64,000 nucleotides of DNA from Eledone cirrhosa. Its lineage: Eukaryota. Shown here one piece after another: positions 15,070 to 29,400 of the stretch (position 1 is the stretch's first letter; each line of letters starts with the position of its first letter). The notes under the pieces are model-generated. The model searched no databases. It saw only the letters and a program-made list of their open reading frames with translations, and was not told the DNA's origin. The position numbers and the translations under genes were made by a program. The stretch is taken from NCBI GenBank assembly GCA_964016885.1, contig OZ024759.1, positions 558,001 to 622,000 of the forward strand, given 5' to 3'.

Positions 15070-18000
15070 TATTAGTAACATGACACAGTCTATATTAGTA
15101 ACATGACAGTCTATATTAGTAACATGACACAGTCTATATTAGTAACATGACAAAGTCTATATTAGTAGCATGACAAAGTCTATATTAGTAACATGACAGT
15201 CTATATTAGTAACATGACAAAGTCTATATTAGTAGCATGACAAATTCTATATTAGTAGCATGACACAGTCTATATTAGTAACATGACACAGTCTATATTA
15301 GTAACATGACAAAGTCTATATTAGTAGCATGACAAAGTCTATATTAGTAACATGACAAAGTCTATATTAGTAACATGACACAGTCTATATTAGTAACATG
15401 ACAAAGACTATATTAGTAACATGACACAGTCTATATTAGTAACATGACAAAGTCTATATTAGTAACATGACAGTCTATATTAGTAACATGACAGTCTATA
15501 TTAGTAGCACGACAAAGTCTATATTAGTAACATGACAAAGTCATATTAGTAACATGACACAGTCTATATTAGTAACATGACAAAGTCTATATTAGTAACA
15601 TGACACAGTCTATATTAGTAACATGACAAAGTCTATATTAGTAACATGACACAGTCTATATTAGTAACATGACATAGTCTATATTAGTAACATGACAAAG
15701 TCTATATTAGTAGCATGACACAGTCTATATTAGTAACATGACACAGTCTATATTAGTAACATGACAGTCTATATTAGTAACATGACAAAGTCTATATTAG
15801 TAGCATGACAAAGTCTATATTAGTAACATGACACAGTCTATATTAGTAACATGACAGTCTATATTAGTAACATGACAAAGTCTATATTAGTAGCATTTAC
15901 AAAGTCTATATTAGTAGCATGACACAGTCTATATTAGTAACATGACACAGTCTATATTAGTAACATGACAAAGTCTATATTAGTAGCATGACAAAGTCTA
16001 TATTAGTAACATGACAAAGTCTATATTAGTAACATGACACAGTCTATATTAGTAACATGACAAAGTCTATATTAGTAACATGAAACAGTCTATATTAGTA
16101 ACATGACAAAGTCTATATTAGTAACATGACACTGTCTATATTAGTAACTTGACAAAGTCTATATTAGTAACATGACACAGTCTATATTAGTAACATGACA
16201 CAGTCTATATTAGTAACATGACAAAGTCTATATTAGTAGCATGACAAAGTCTATATTAGTAACATGACAAAGTCTATATTAGTAACATGACACAGTCTAT
16301 ATTAGTAACATGACAAAGACTATATTAGTAACATGACACAGTCTATATTAGTAACATGACAAAGTCTATATTAGTAACATGACAGTCTATATTCGTAACA
16401 TGACAGTCTATATTAGTAGCATGACAAAGTCTATATTAGTAACATGACAAAGTCATATTAGTAACATGACACAGTCTATATTAGTAACATGACACAGTAT
16501 ATATTAGTAACATGACACAGTCTATATTAGTAACATGACACAGTCTATATTAGTAACATGACAAAGTCTATATTAGTAACATGACAAAGTCTATATTAGT
16601 AACATGACAGTTTATATTAGTAACATGACACAGTCTATATTAGTAACATGACATAGTCTATATTAGTAACATGACAAAGTCTATATTAGTAACATGACAG
16701 TCTATATTGTAACATGACACAGTCTATATTAGTAACATGACACAGTCTATATTAGTAACATGACAGTCTATATTAGTAACATGACAAAGTCTATATTAGT
16801 AACATGACAAAGTCTATATTAGTAGCATGACAAAGTCTATATTAGTAACATGACAAAGTCCATATTAGTAACATGACACAGTCTATATTAGTAACATGAC
16901 AAAGTCTATATTAGTAACATGACAAAGTCTATATTAGTAACATGACAAAGTCTATATTAGTAGCATGACAAAGTCTATATTAGTAACATGACAAAGTCTA
17001 TATTAGTAACATGACACAGTCTATATTAGTAACATGACAAAGTCTATATTAGTAACATGACAAAGTCTATATTAGTAACATGAAACAGTCTATATTAGTA
17101 ACATGACAAAGTCTATATTAGTAACATGACACTGTCTATATTAGTAACATGACAAAGTCTATATTAGTAACATGACACAGTCTATATTAGTAACATGACA
17201 CAGTCTATATCAGTAACATGACAAAGTCTATATTAGTGGCATGACAAAGTCTATATTAGTAACATGACAAAGTCTATATTAGTAACATGACACAGTCTAT
17301 ATTAGTAACATGACAAATACTATATTAGTAACATGACACAGTCTATATTAATAACATGACAAAGTCTATATTAGTAACATGACAGTCTATATTAGTAACA
17401 TGATAGTCTATATTAGTAGCATGACAAAGTCTATATTAGTAACATGACAAAGTCATATTAGTAACATGACACAGTCTATATTAGTAACATGACAAAGTCT
17501 ATATTAGTAACATGACACAGTCTATATTAGTAACATGACACAGTCTATATTAGTAACATGACAAAGTCTATATTAGTAACATGACAAAGTCTATATTAGT
17601 AACATGACACAGTTTATATTAGTAACATGACACAGTCTATATTAGTAACATGACATAGTCTATATTAGTAACATGACAAAGTCTATATTAGTAACATGAC
17701 AGTCTATATTGTAACATGACACAGTCTATATTAGTAACATGACACAGTCTATATTAGTAACATGACAGTCTATATTAGTAACATGACACAGTCTATATTA
17801 GTAACATGACAAAGTCTATATTAGTAGCATGACAAAGTCTATATTAGTAACATGACAGTCTATATTAGTAACATGACAAAGTCTATATTAGTAGCATGAC
17901 AAATTCTATATTAGTAGCATGACACAGTCTATATTAGTAACATGACACAGTCTATATTAGTAACATGACAAAGTCTATATTAGTAGCATGACAAAGTCTA

Positions 18001-20430
18001 TATTAGTAACATGACAAAGTCTATATTAGTAACATGACACAGTCTATATTAGTAACATGACAAAGACTATATTAGTAACATGACACAGTCTATATTAGTA
18101 ACATGACAAAGTCTATATTAGTAACATGACAGTCTATATTAGTAACATGACAGTCTATATTAGTAGCACGACAAAGTCTATATTAGTAACATGACAAAGT
18201 CATATTAGTAACATGACACAGTCTATATTAGTAACATGACAAAGTCTATATTAGTAACATGACACAGTCTATATTAGTAACATGACAAAGTCTATATTAG
18301 TAACATGACACAGTCTATATTAGTAACATGACATAGTCTATATTAGTAACATGACAAAGTCTATATTAGTAGCATGACACAGTCTATATTAGTAACATGA
18401 CACAGTCTATATTAGTAACATGACAGTCTATATTAGTAACATGACAAAGTCTATATTAGTAGCATGACAAAGTCTATATTAGTAACATGACACAGTCTAT
18501 ATTAGTAACATGACAGTCTATATTAGTAACATGACAAAGTCTATATTAGTAGCATTTACAAAGTCTATATTAGTAGCATGACACAGTCTATATTAGTAAC
18601 ATGACACAGTCTATATTAGTAACATGACAAAGTCTATATTAGTAGCATGACAAAGTCTATATTAGTAACATGACAAAGTCTATATTAGTAACATGACACA
18701 GTCTATATTAGTAACATGACAAAGTCTATATTAGTAACATGAAACAGTCTATATTAGTAACATGACAAAGTCTATATTAGTAACATGACACTGTCTATAT
18801 TAGTAACTTGACAAAGTCTATATTAGTAACATGACACAGTCTATATTAGTAACATGACACAGTCTATATTAGTAACATGACAAAGTCTATATTAGTAGCA
18901 TGACAAAGTCTATATTAGTAACATGACAAAGTCTATATTAGTAACATGACACAGTCTATATTAGTAACATGACAAAGACTATATTAGTAACATGACACAG
19001 TCTATATTAGTAACATGACAAAGTCTATATTAGTAACATGACAGTCTATATTCGTAACATGACAGTCTATATTAGTAGCATGACAAAGTCTATATTAGTA
19101 ACATGACAAAGTCATATTAGTAACATGACACAGTCTATATTAGTAACATGACACAGTATATATTAGTAACATGACACAGTCTATATTAGTAACATGACAC
19201 AGTCTATATTAGTAACATGACAAAGTCTATATTAGTAACATGACAAAGTCTATATTAGTAACATGACAGTTTATATTAGTAACATGACACAGTCTATATT
19301 AGTAACATGACATAGTCTATATTAGTAACATGACAAAGTCTATATTAGTAACATGACAGTCTATATTGTAACATGACACAGTCTATATTAGTAACATGAC
19401 ACAGTCTATATTAGTAACATGACAGTCTATATTAGTAACATGACAAAGTCTATATTAGTAACATGACAAAGTCTATATTAGTAGCATGACAAAGTCTATA
19501 TTAGTAACATGACAAAGTCCATATTAGTAACATGACACAGTCTATATTAGTAACATGACAAAGTCTATATTAGTAACATGACAAAGTCTATATTAGTAAC
19601 ATGACAAAGTCTATATTAGTAGCATGACAAAGTCTATATTAGTAACATGACAAAGTCTATATTAGTAACATGACACAGTCTATATTAGTAACATGACAAA
19701 GTCTATATTAGTAACATGACAAAGTCTATATTAGTAACATGAAACAGTCTATATTAGTAACATGACAAAGTCTATATTAGTAACATGACACTGTCTATAT
19801 TAGTAACATGACAAAGTCTATATTAGTAACATGACACAGTCTATATTAGTAACATGACACAGTCTATATCAGTAACATGACAAAGTCTATATTAGTGGCA
19901 TGACAAAGTCTATATTAGTAACATGACAAAGTCTATATTAGTAACATGACACAGTCTATATTAGTAACATGACAAATACTATATTAGTAACATGACACAG
20001 TCTATATTAATAACATGACAAAGTCTATATTAGTAACATGACAGTCTATATTAGTAACATGACAGTCTATATTAGTAGCATGACAAAGTCTATATTAGTA
20101 ACATGACAAAGTCATATTAGTAACATGACACAGTCTATATTAGTAACATGACAAAGTCTATATTAGTAACATGACACAGTCTATATTAGTAACATGACAC
20201 AGTCTATATTAGTAACATGACAAAGTCTATATTAGTAACATGACAAAGTCTATATTAGTAACATGACACAGTTTATATTAGTAACATGACACAGTCTATA
20301 TTAGTAACATGACATAGTCTATATTAGTAACATGACAAAGTCTATATTAGTAACATGACAGTCTATATTGTAACATGACACAGTCTATATTAGTAACATG
20401 ACACAGTCTATATTAGTAACATGACAGTCT
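15070..20430. repeat. 2,659-bp tandem duplication within the array
   Basis: AAATTC at 15242/17901, GCATTTAC at 15894/18553, GTCCAT at 16861/19520 and the private TATCAGT at 17211/19870 are all offset by 2,659 bp. Confidence 0.88.
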
Positions 20431-23400
20431 ATATTAGTAACATGACAAAGTCTATATTAGTAACATGACAAAGTCTATATTAGTAACATGACAAAGTCTA
20501 TATTAGTAACATGACAAAGTCTATATTAGTAACTTGACACAGTCTATATTAGTAACATGACATAGTCTATATTAGTAGCATGACACAGTCTATATTAGTA
20601 ACATGACAGAGTCTATATTAGTAACATGACAGTCTATATTAGTAACATGACAAAGTCTATATTAGTAGCATGACAAAGTCTATATTAGTAACATGACACA
20701 GTCTATATTAGTAACATGACAATCTATATTAGTAACATGACACAGTCTATATTAGTAACATGACACAGTCTATATTAGTAACATGACAAAGTCTATATTA
20801 GTAACATGACACAGTCTATATTAGTAACATGACACAGTCTATATTAATAACATGACAAAGTCTATATTAGTAACATGACACAGTCTATATTAGTAACATG
20901 ACATAGTCTATATTAGTAACGTGACACAGTCTATATTAGTAACATGACAAAGTCTATATTAGTAGCATGACAAAGTCTATATTAGTAACATGACAAAGTC
21001 TATATTAGTAACATGACACAGTCTATATTAGTAACATGACAAAGTCTATATTAGTAACATGACAAAGTCTATATTAGTAACATGACAGTCTATATTAGTA
21101 ACATGACAAAGTCTCTATTAGTAACATGACAAAGTCTATATTAGTAACATGACAGTCTATATTAGTAACATAACAAAGTCTATATTAGTAACATGACAGT
21201 CTATATTGTAGCATGACACAGTCTATATTAGTAACATGACACAGTCTATATTAGTAACATGACATAGTCTATATTAGTAACATGACAAAGTCTATATTAG
21301 TAACAAGACAGTCTATATTGTAACACGACACAGTCTATATTAGTAATATGACACAGTCTATATTAGAAACATGACAGTCTATATTAGTAACATGACAAAG
21401 TCTATATTAGTAACATGACAAAGTCTATATTAGTAACATGACAAAGTCTATATTAGTAGCATGACACAGTCTATATTAGTAACATGACACAGTCTATATT
21501 AGTAACATGACAGTCTATATTAGTAACATGACAAAGTCTATATTAGTAGCATGACAAAGTCTATATTAGTAACATGACACAGTCTATATTAGTAACATGA
21601 CAGTCTATATTAGTAACATGACACAGTCTATATTAGTAACATGACAAAGTCTATATTAGTAGCATGACAAAGTCTATATTAGTAACATGACAGTCTATAT
21701 TAGTAACATGACAAAGTCTATATTAGTGGCATGACAAATTCTATATTAGTAGCATGACACAGTCTATATTAGTAACATGACACAGTCTATATTAGTAACA
21801 TGACAAAGTCTATATTAGTAGCATGACAAAGTCTATATTAGTAACATGACAAAGTCTATATTAGTAACATGACACAGTCTATATTAGTAACATGACAAAT
21901 ACTATATTAGTAACATGACACAGTCTATATTAGTAACATGACAAAGTCTATATTAGTAACATGACAGTCTATATTAATAACATGACAGTCTATATTAGTA
22001 GCACGACAAAGTCTATATTAGTAACATGACAAAGTCATATTAGTAACATGACACAGTCTATATTAGTAACATGACAAAGTCTATATTAGTAACATGACAC
22101 AGTCTATATTAGTAACATGACAAAGTCTATATTAGTAACATGACACAGTCTATATTAGTAACATGACAGTCTATATTAGTAACATGACAAAGTCTATATT
22201 AGTAGCATGACAAAGTCTATATTAGTAACATGACACAGTCTATATTAGTAACATGACAGTCTATATTAGTAACATGACACAGTCTATATTAGTAACATGA
22301 CGAAGTCTATATTAGTAGCATGACAAAGTCTATATTAGTAACATGACAGTCTATATTAGTAACATGACAAAGTCTATATTAGTAGCATTTACAAAGTCTA
22401 TATTAGTAGCATGACACAGTCTATATTAGTAACATGACACAGTCTATATTAGTAACATGACACAGTCTATATTAGTAACATGACAAAGTCTATATTAGTA
22501 GCATGACAAAGTCTATATTAGTAACATGACAAAGTCTATATTAGTAGCATGACAAAGTCTATATTAGTAACATGACAAAGTCTATATTAGTAACATGACA
22601 CAGTCTATATTAGTAACATGACAAAGTCTATATTAGTAACATGACAAAGTCTATATTAGTAACATGAAACAGTCTATATTAGTAACATGACAAAGTCTAT
22701 ATTAGTAACATGACACTGTCTATATTAGTAACTTGACAAAGTCTATATTAGTAACATGACACAGTCTATATTAGTAACATGACACAGTCTATATTAGTAA
22801 CATGACACAGTCTATATTAGTAACATGACACAGTCTATATTAGTAACATGACAAAGTCTATATTAGTAACATGACAAAGTCTATATTAGTAACATGACAG
22901 TTTATATTAGTAACATGACACAGTCTATATTAGTAACATGACATAGTCTATATTAGTAACATGACAAAGTCTATATTAGTAACATGACAGTCTATATTGT
23001 AACATGACACAGTCTATATTAGTAACATGACACAGTCTATATTAGTAACATGACACTGTCTATATTAGTAACATGACAAAGTCTATATTAGTAACATGAC
23101 ACAGTCTATATTAGTAACATGACACAGTCTATATTAGTAACATGACACAGTCTATATTAGTAACATGACACAGTCTATATTAGTAACATGACAAAGTCTA
23201 TATTAGTAACATGACAAAGTCTATATTAGTAACATGACACAGTCTATATTAGTAACATGACAAATACTATATTAGTAACATGACACAGTCTATATTAGTA
23301 ACATGACAAAGTCTATATTAGTAACATGACAGTCTATATTAGTAACATGACAGTCTATATTAGTAGCATGACAAAGTCTATATTAGTAACATGACAAAGT

Positions 23401-26400
23401 CATATTAGTAACATGACACAGTCTATATTAGTAACATGACAAAGTCTATATTAGTAACATGACACAGTCTATATTAGTAACATGACACAGTCTATATTAG
23501 TAACATGACAAAGTCTATATTAGTAACATGACAAAGTCTATATTAGTAACATGACACAGTTTATATTAGTAACATGACACAGTCTATATTAGTAACATGA
23601 CATAGTCTATATTAGTAACATGACAAAGTCTATATTAGTAACATGACAGTCTATATTGTAACATGACACAGTCTATATTAGTAACATGACACAGTCTATA
23701 TTAGTAACATGACAGTCTATATTAGTAACATGACAAAGTCTATATTAGTAACATGACAAAGTCTATATTAGTAACATGACAAAGTCTATATTAGTAACAT
23801 GACAAAGTCTATATTAGTAACTTGACACAGTCTATATTAGTAACATGACATAGTCTATATTAGTAGCATGACACAGTCTATATTAGTAACATGACAGATT
23901 CTATATTAGTAACATGACAGTCTATATTAGTAACATGACAAAGTCTATATTAGTAGCATGACAAAGTCTATATTAGTAACATGACACAGTCTATATTAGT
24001 AACATGACAATCTATATTAGTAACATGACACAGTCTATATTAGTAACATGACAAAGTCTATATTAGTAACATGACAAAGTCTATATTAGTAACATGACAC
24101 AGTCTATATTAGTAACATGACACAGTCTATATTAATAACATGACAAAGTCTATATTAGTAACATGACACAGTCTATATTAGTAACATGACATAGTCTATA
24201 TTAGTAACGTGACAAAGTCTATATTAGTAACATGACAAAGTCTATATTAGTAGCATGACAAAGTCTATATTAGTAACATGACAAAGTCTATATTAGTAAC
24301 ATGACACAGTCTATATTAGTAACATGACAAAGTCTATATTAGTAACATGACAAAGTCTATATTAGTAACATGACAGTCTATATTAGTAACATGACAAAGT
24401 CTCTATTAGTAACATGACAAAGTCTATATTAGTAACATGACAGTCTATATTAGTAACATAACAAAGTCTATATTAGTAACATGACAGTCTATATTGTAAC
24501 ATGACACAGTCTATATTAGTAACATGACACAGTCTATATTAGTAACATGACATAGTCTATATTAGTAACATGACAAAGTCTATATTAGTAACAAGACAGT
24601 CTATATTGTAACACGACACAGTCTATATTAGTAATATGACACAGTCTATATTAGAAACATGACAGTCTATATTAGTAACATGACAAAGTCTATATTAGTA
24701 ACATGACAAAGTCTATATTAGTAACATGACAAAGTCTATATTAGTAGCATGACACAGTCTATATTAATAACATGACACAGTCTATATTAGTAACATGACA
24801 GTCTATATTAGTAACATGACAAAGTCTATATTAGTAGCATGACAAAGTCTATATTAGTAACATGACACAGTCTATATTAGTAACATGACAGTCTATATTA
24901 GTAACATGACACAGTCTATATTAGTAACATGACAAAGTCTATATTAGTAGCATGACAAAGTCTATATTAGTAACATGACAGTCTATATTAGTAACATGAC
25001 AAAGTCTATATTAGTAGCATGACAAATTCTATATTAGTAGCATGACACAGTCTATATTAGTAACATGACACAGTCTATATTAGTAACATGACAAAGTCTA
25101 TATTAGTAGCATGACAAAGTCTATATTAGTAACATGACAAAGTCTATATTAGTAACATGACACAGTCTATATTAGTAACATGACAAAGACTATATTAGTA
25201 ACATGACACAGTCTATATTAGTAACATGACAAAGTCTATATTAGTAACATGACAGTCTATATTAATAACATGACAGTCTATATTAGTAGCACGACAAAGT
25301 CTATATTAGTAACATGACAAAGTCATATTAGTAACATGACACAGTCTATATTAGTAACATGACAAAGTCTATATTAGTAACATGACACAGTCTATATTAG
25401 TAACATGACAAAGTCTATATTAGTAACATGACACAGTCTATATTAGTAACATGACATAGTCTATATTAGTAACATGACAAAGTCTATATTAGTAGCATGA
25501 CACAGTCTATATTAGTAACATGACACAGTCTATATTAGTAACATGACAGTCTATATTAGTAACATGACAAAGTCTATATTAGTAGCATGACAAAGTCTAT
25601 ATTAGTAACATGACACAGTCTATATTAGTAACATGACAGTCTATATTAGTAACATGACACAGTCTATATTAGTAACATGACGAAGTCTATATTAGTAGCA
25701 TGACAAAGTCTATATTAGTAACATGACAGTCTATATTAGTAACATGACAAAGTCTATATTAGTAGCATTTACAAAGTCTATATTAGTAGCATGACACAGT
25801 CTATATTAGTAACATGACACAGTCTATATTAGTAACATGACACAGTCTATATTAGTAACATGACAAAGTCTATATTAGTAGCATGACAAAGTCTATATTA
25901 GTAACATGACAAAGTCTATATTAGTAGCATGACAAAGTCTATATTAGTAACATGACAAAGTCTATATTAGTAACATGACACAGTCTATATTAGTAACATG
26001 ACAAAGTCTATATTAGTAACATGACAAAGTCTATATTAGTAACATGAAACAGTCTATATTAGTAACATGACAAAGTCTATATTAGTAACATGACACTGTC
26101 TATATTAGTAACTTGACAAAGTCTATATTAGTAACATGACACAGTCTATATTAGTAACATGACACAGTCTATATTAGTAACATGACACAGTCTATATTAG
26201 TAACATGACACAGTCTATATTAGTAACATGACAAAGTCTATATTAGTAACATGACAAAGTCTATATTAGTAACATGACAGTTTATATTAGTAACATGACA
26301 CAGTCTATATTAGTAACATGACATAGTCTATATTAGTAACATGACAAAGTCTATATTAGTAACATGACAGTCTATATTGTAACATGACACAGTCTATATT

Positions 26401-26430
26401 AGTAACATGACACAGTCTATATTAGTAACA
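19780..26430. repeat. ~3.3-kb tandem duplication (offset 3,288-3,380 bp)
   Basis: AAATACT at 19977/23265, AACAAGAC at 21304/24592 and ATTAATAAC before the GCACG monomer at 21977/25265 are offset by 3,288. GACGAAG at 22302/25682 is offset by 3,380 (four more monomers). Confidence 0.8.
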
Positions 26431-29400
26431 TGACAGTCTATATTAGTAACATGACAAAGTCTATATTAGTAACATGACAAAGTCTATATTAGTAGCATGA
26501 CAAAGTCTATATTAGTAACATGACAAAGTCTATATTAGTAACATGACACAGTCTATATTAGTAACATGACACAGTCTATATTAGTAACATGACAAAGTCT
26601 ATATTAGTAGCATGACAAAGTCTATATTAGTAACATGACAAAGTCTATATTAGTAACATGACACAGTCTATATTAGTAACATGACACAGTCTATATTAGT
26701 AACATGACAAAGTCTATATTAGTAACATGAAACAGTCTATATTAGTAACATGACAAAGTCTATATTAGTAACATGACACTGTCTATATTAGTAACTTGAC
26801 AAAGTCTATATTAGTAACATGACACAGTCTATATTAGTAACATGACACAGTCTATATTAGTAACATGACAAAGTCTATATTAGTAGCATGACAAAGTCTA
26901 TATTAGTAACATGACAAAGTCTATATTAGTAACATGACACAGTCTATATTAGTAACATGACAAAGACTATATTAGTAACATGACACAGTCTATATTAGTA
27001 ACATGACAAAGTCTATATTAGTAACATGACAGTCTATATTAGTAACATGACAGTCTATATTAGTAGCACGACAAAGTCTATATTAGTAACATGACAAAGT
27101 CATATTAGTAACATGACACAGTCTATATTAGTAACATGACAAAGTCTATATTAGTAACATGACACAGTCTATATTAGTAACATGACAAAGTCTATATTAG
27201 TAACATGACAGTCTATATTGTAACATGACACAGTCTATATTAGTAACATGACACAGTCTATATTAGTAACATGACAGTCTATATTAGTAACATGACAAAG
27301 TCTATATTAGTAACATGACAAAGTCTATATTAGTAGCATGACAAAGTCTATATTAGTAACATGACAAAGTCCATATTAGTAACATGACACAGTCTATATT
27401 AGTAACATGACAAAGTCTATATTAGTAACATGACAAAGTCTATATTAGTAACATGACAAAGTCTATATTAGTAGCATGACAAAGTCTATATTAGTAACAT
27501 GACAAGGTCTATATTAGTAACATGACACAGTCTATATTAGTAACATGACAAAGTCTATATTAGTAACATGACAAAGTCTATATTAGTAACATGAAACAGT
27601 CTATATTAGTAACATGACAAAGTCTATATTAGTAACATGACACTGTCTATATTAGTAACTTGACAAAGTCTATATTAGTAACATGACACAGTCTATATTA
27701 GTAACATGACACAGTCTATATTAGTAACATGACAAAGTCTATATTAGTGGCATGACAAAGTCTATATTAGTAACATGACAAAGTCTATATTAGTAACATG
27801 ACACAGTCTATATTAGTAACATGACAAAGACTATATTAGTAACATGACACAGTCTATATTAGTAACATGACAAAGTCTATATTAGTAACATGACAGTCTA
27901 TATTAGTAACATGACAGTCTATATTAGTAGCATGACAAAGTCTATATTAGTAACATGACAAAGTCATATTAGTAACATGACACAGTCTATATTAGTAACA
28001 TGACAAAGTCTATATTAGTAACATGACACAGTCTATATTAGTAACATGCCACAGTCTATATTAGTAACATGACAAAGTCTATATTAGTAACATGACAAAG
28101 TCTATATTAGTAACATGACACAGTTTATATTAGTAACATGACACAGTCTATATTAGTAACATGACATAGCCTATATTAGTAACATGACAAAGTCTATATT
28201 AGTAACATGACAGTCTATATTGTAACATGACACAGTCTATATTAGTAACATGACACAGTCTATATTAGTAACATGACAGTCTATATTAGTAACATGACAA
28301 AGTCTATATTAGTAACATGACAAAGTCTATATTAGTAACATGACAAAGTCTATATTAGTAACATGACAAAGTCTATATTAGTAACTTGACACAGTCTATA
28401 TTAGTAACATGACATAGTCTATATTAGTAGCATGACACAGTCTATATTAGTAACATGACAGAGTCTATATTAGTAACATGACAGTCTATATTAGTAACAT
28501 GACAAAGTCTATATTAGTAGCATGACAAAGTCTATATTAGTAACATGACACCGTCTATATTAGTAACATGACAATCTATATTAGTAACATGACACAGTCT
28601 ATATTAGTAACATGACAAAGTCTATATTAGTAACATGACAAAGTCTATATTAGTAACATGACACAGTCTATATTAGTAACATGACACAGTCTATATTAAT
28701 AACATGACAAAGTCTATATTAGTAACATGACACAGTCTATATTAGTAACATGACATAGTCTATATTAGTAACGTGACACAGTCTATATTAGTAACATGAC
28801 AAAGTCTATATTAGTAGCATGACAAAGTCTATATTAGTAACATGACAAAGTCTATATTAGTAACATGACACAGTCTATATTAGTAACATGACAAAGTCTA
28901 TATTAGTAACATGACAAAGTCTATATTAGTAACATGACAGTCTATATTAGTAACATGACAAAGTCTCTATTAGTAACATGACAAAGTCTATATTAGTAAC
29001 ATGACAGTCTATATTAGTAACATAACAAAGTCTATATTAGTAACATGACAGTCTATATTGTAACATGACACAGTCTATATTAGTAACATGACACAGTCTA
29101 TATTAGTAACATGACATAGTCTATATTAGTAACATGACAAAGTCTATATTAGTAACAAGACAGTCTATATTGTAACACGACACAGTCTATATTAGTAATA
29201 TGACACAGTCTATATTAGAAACATGACAGTCTATATTAGTAACATGACAAAGTCTATATTAGTAACATGACAAAGTCTATATTAGTAACATGACAAAGTC
29301 TATATTAGTAGCATGACACAGTCTATATTAGTAACATGACACAGTCTATATTAGTAACATGACAGTCTATATTAGTAACATGACAAAGTCTATATTAGTA

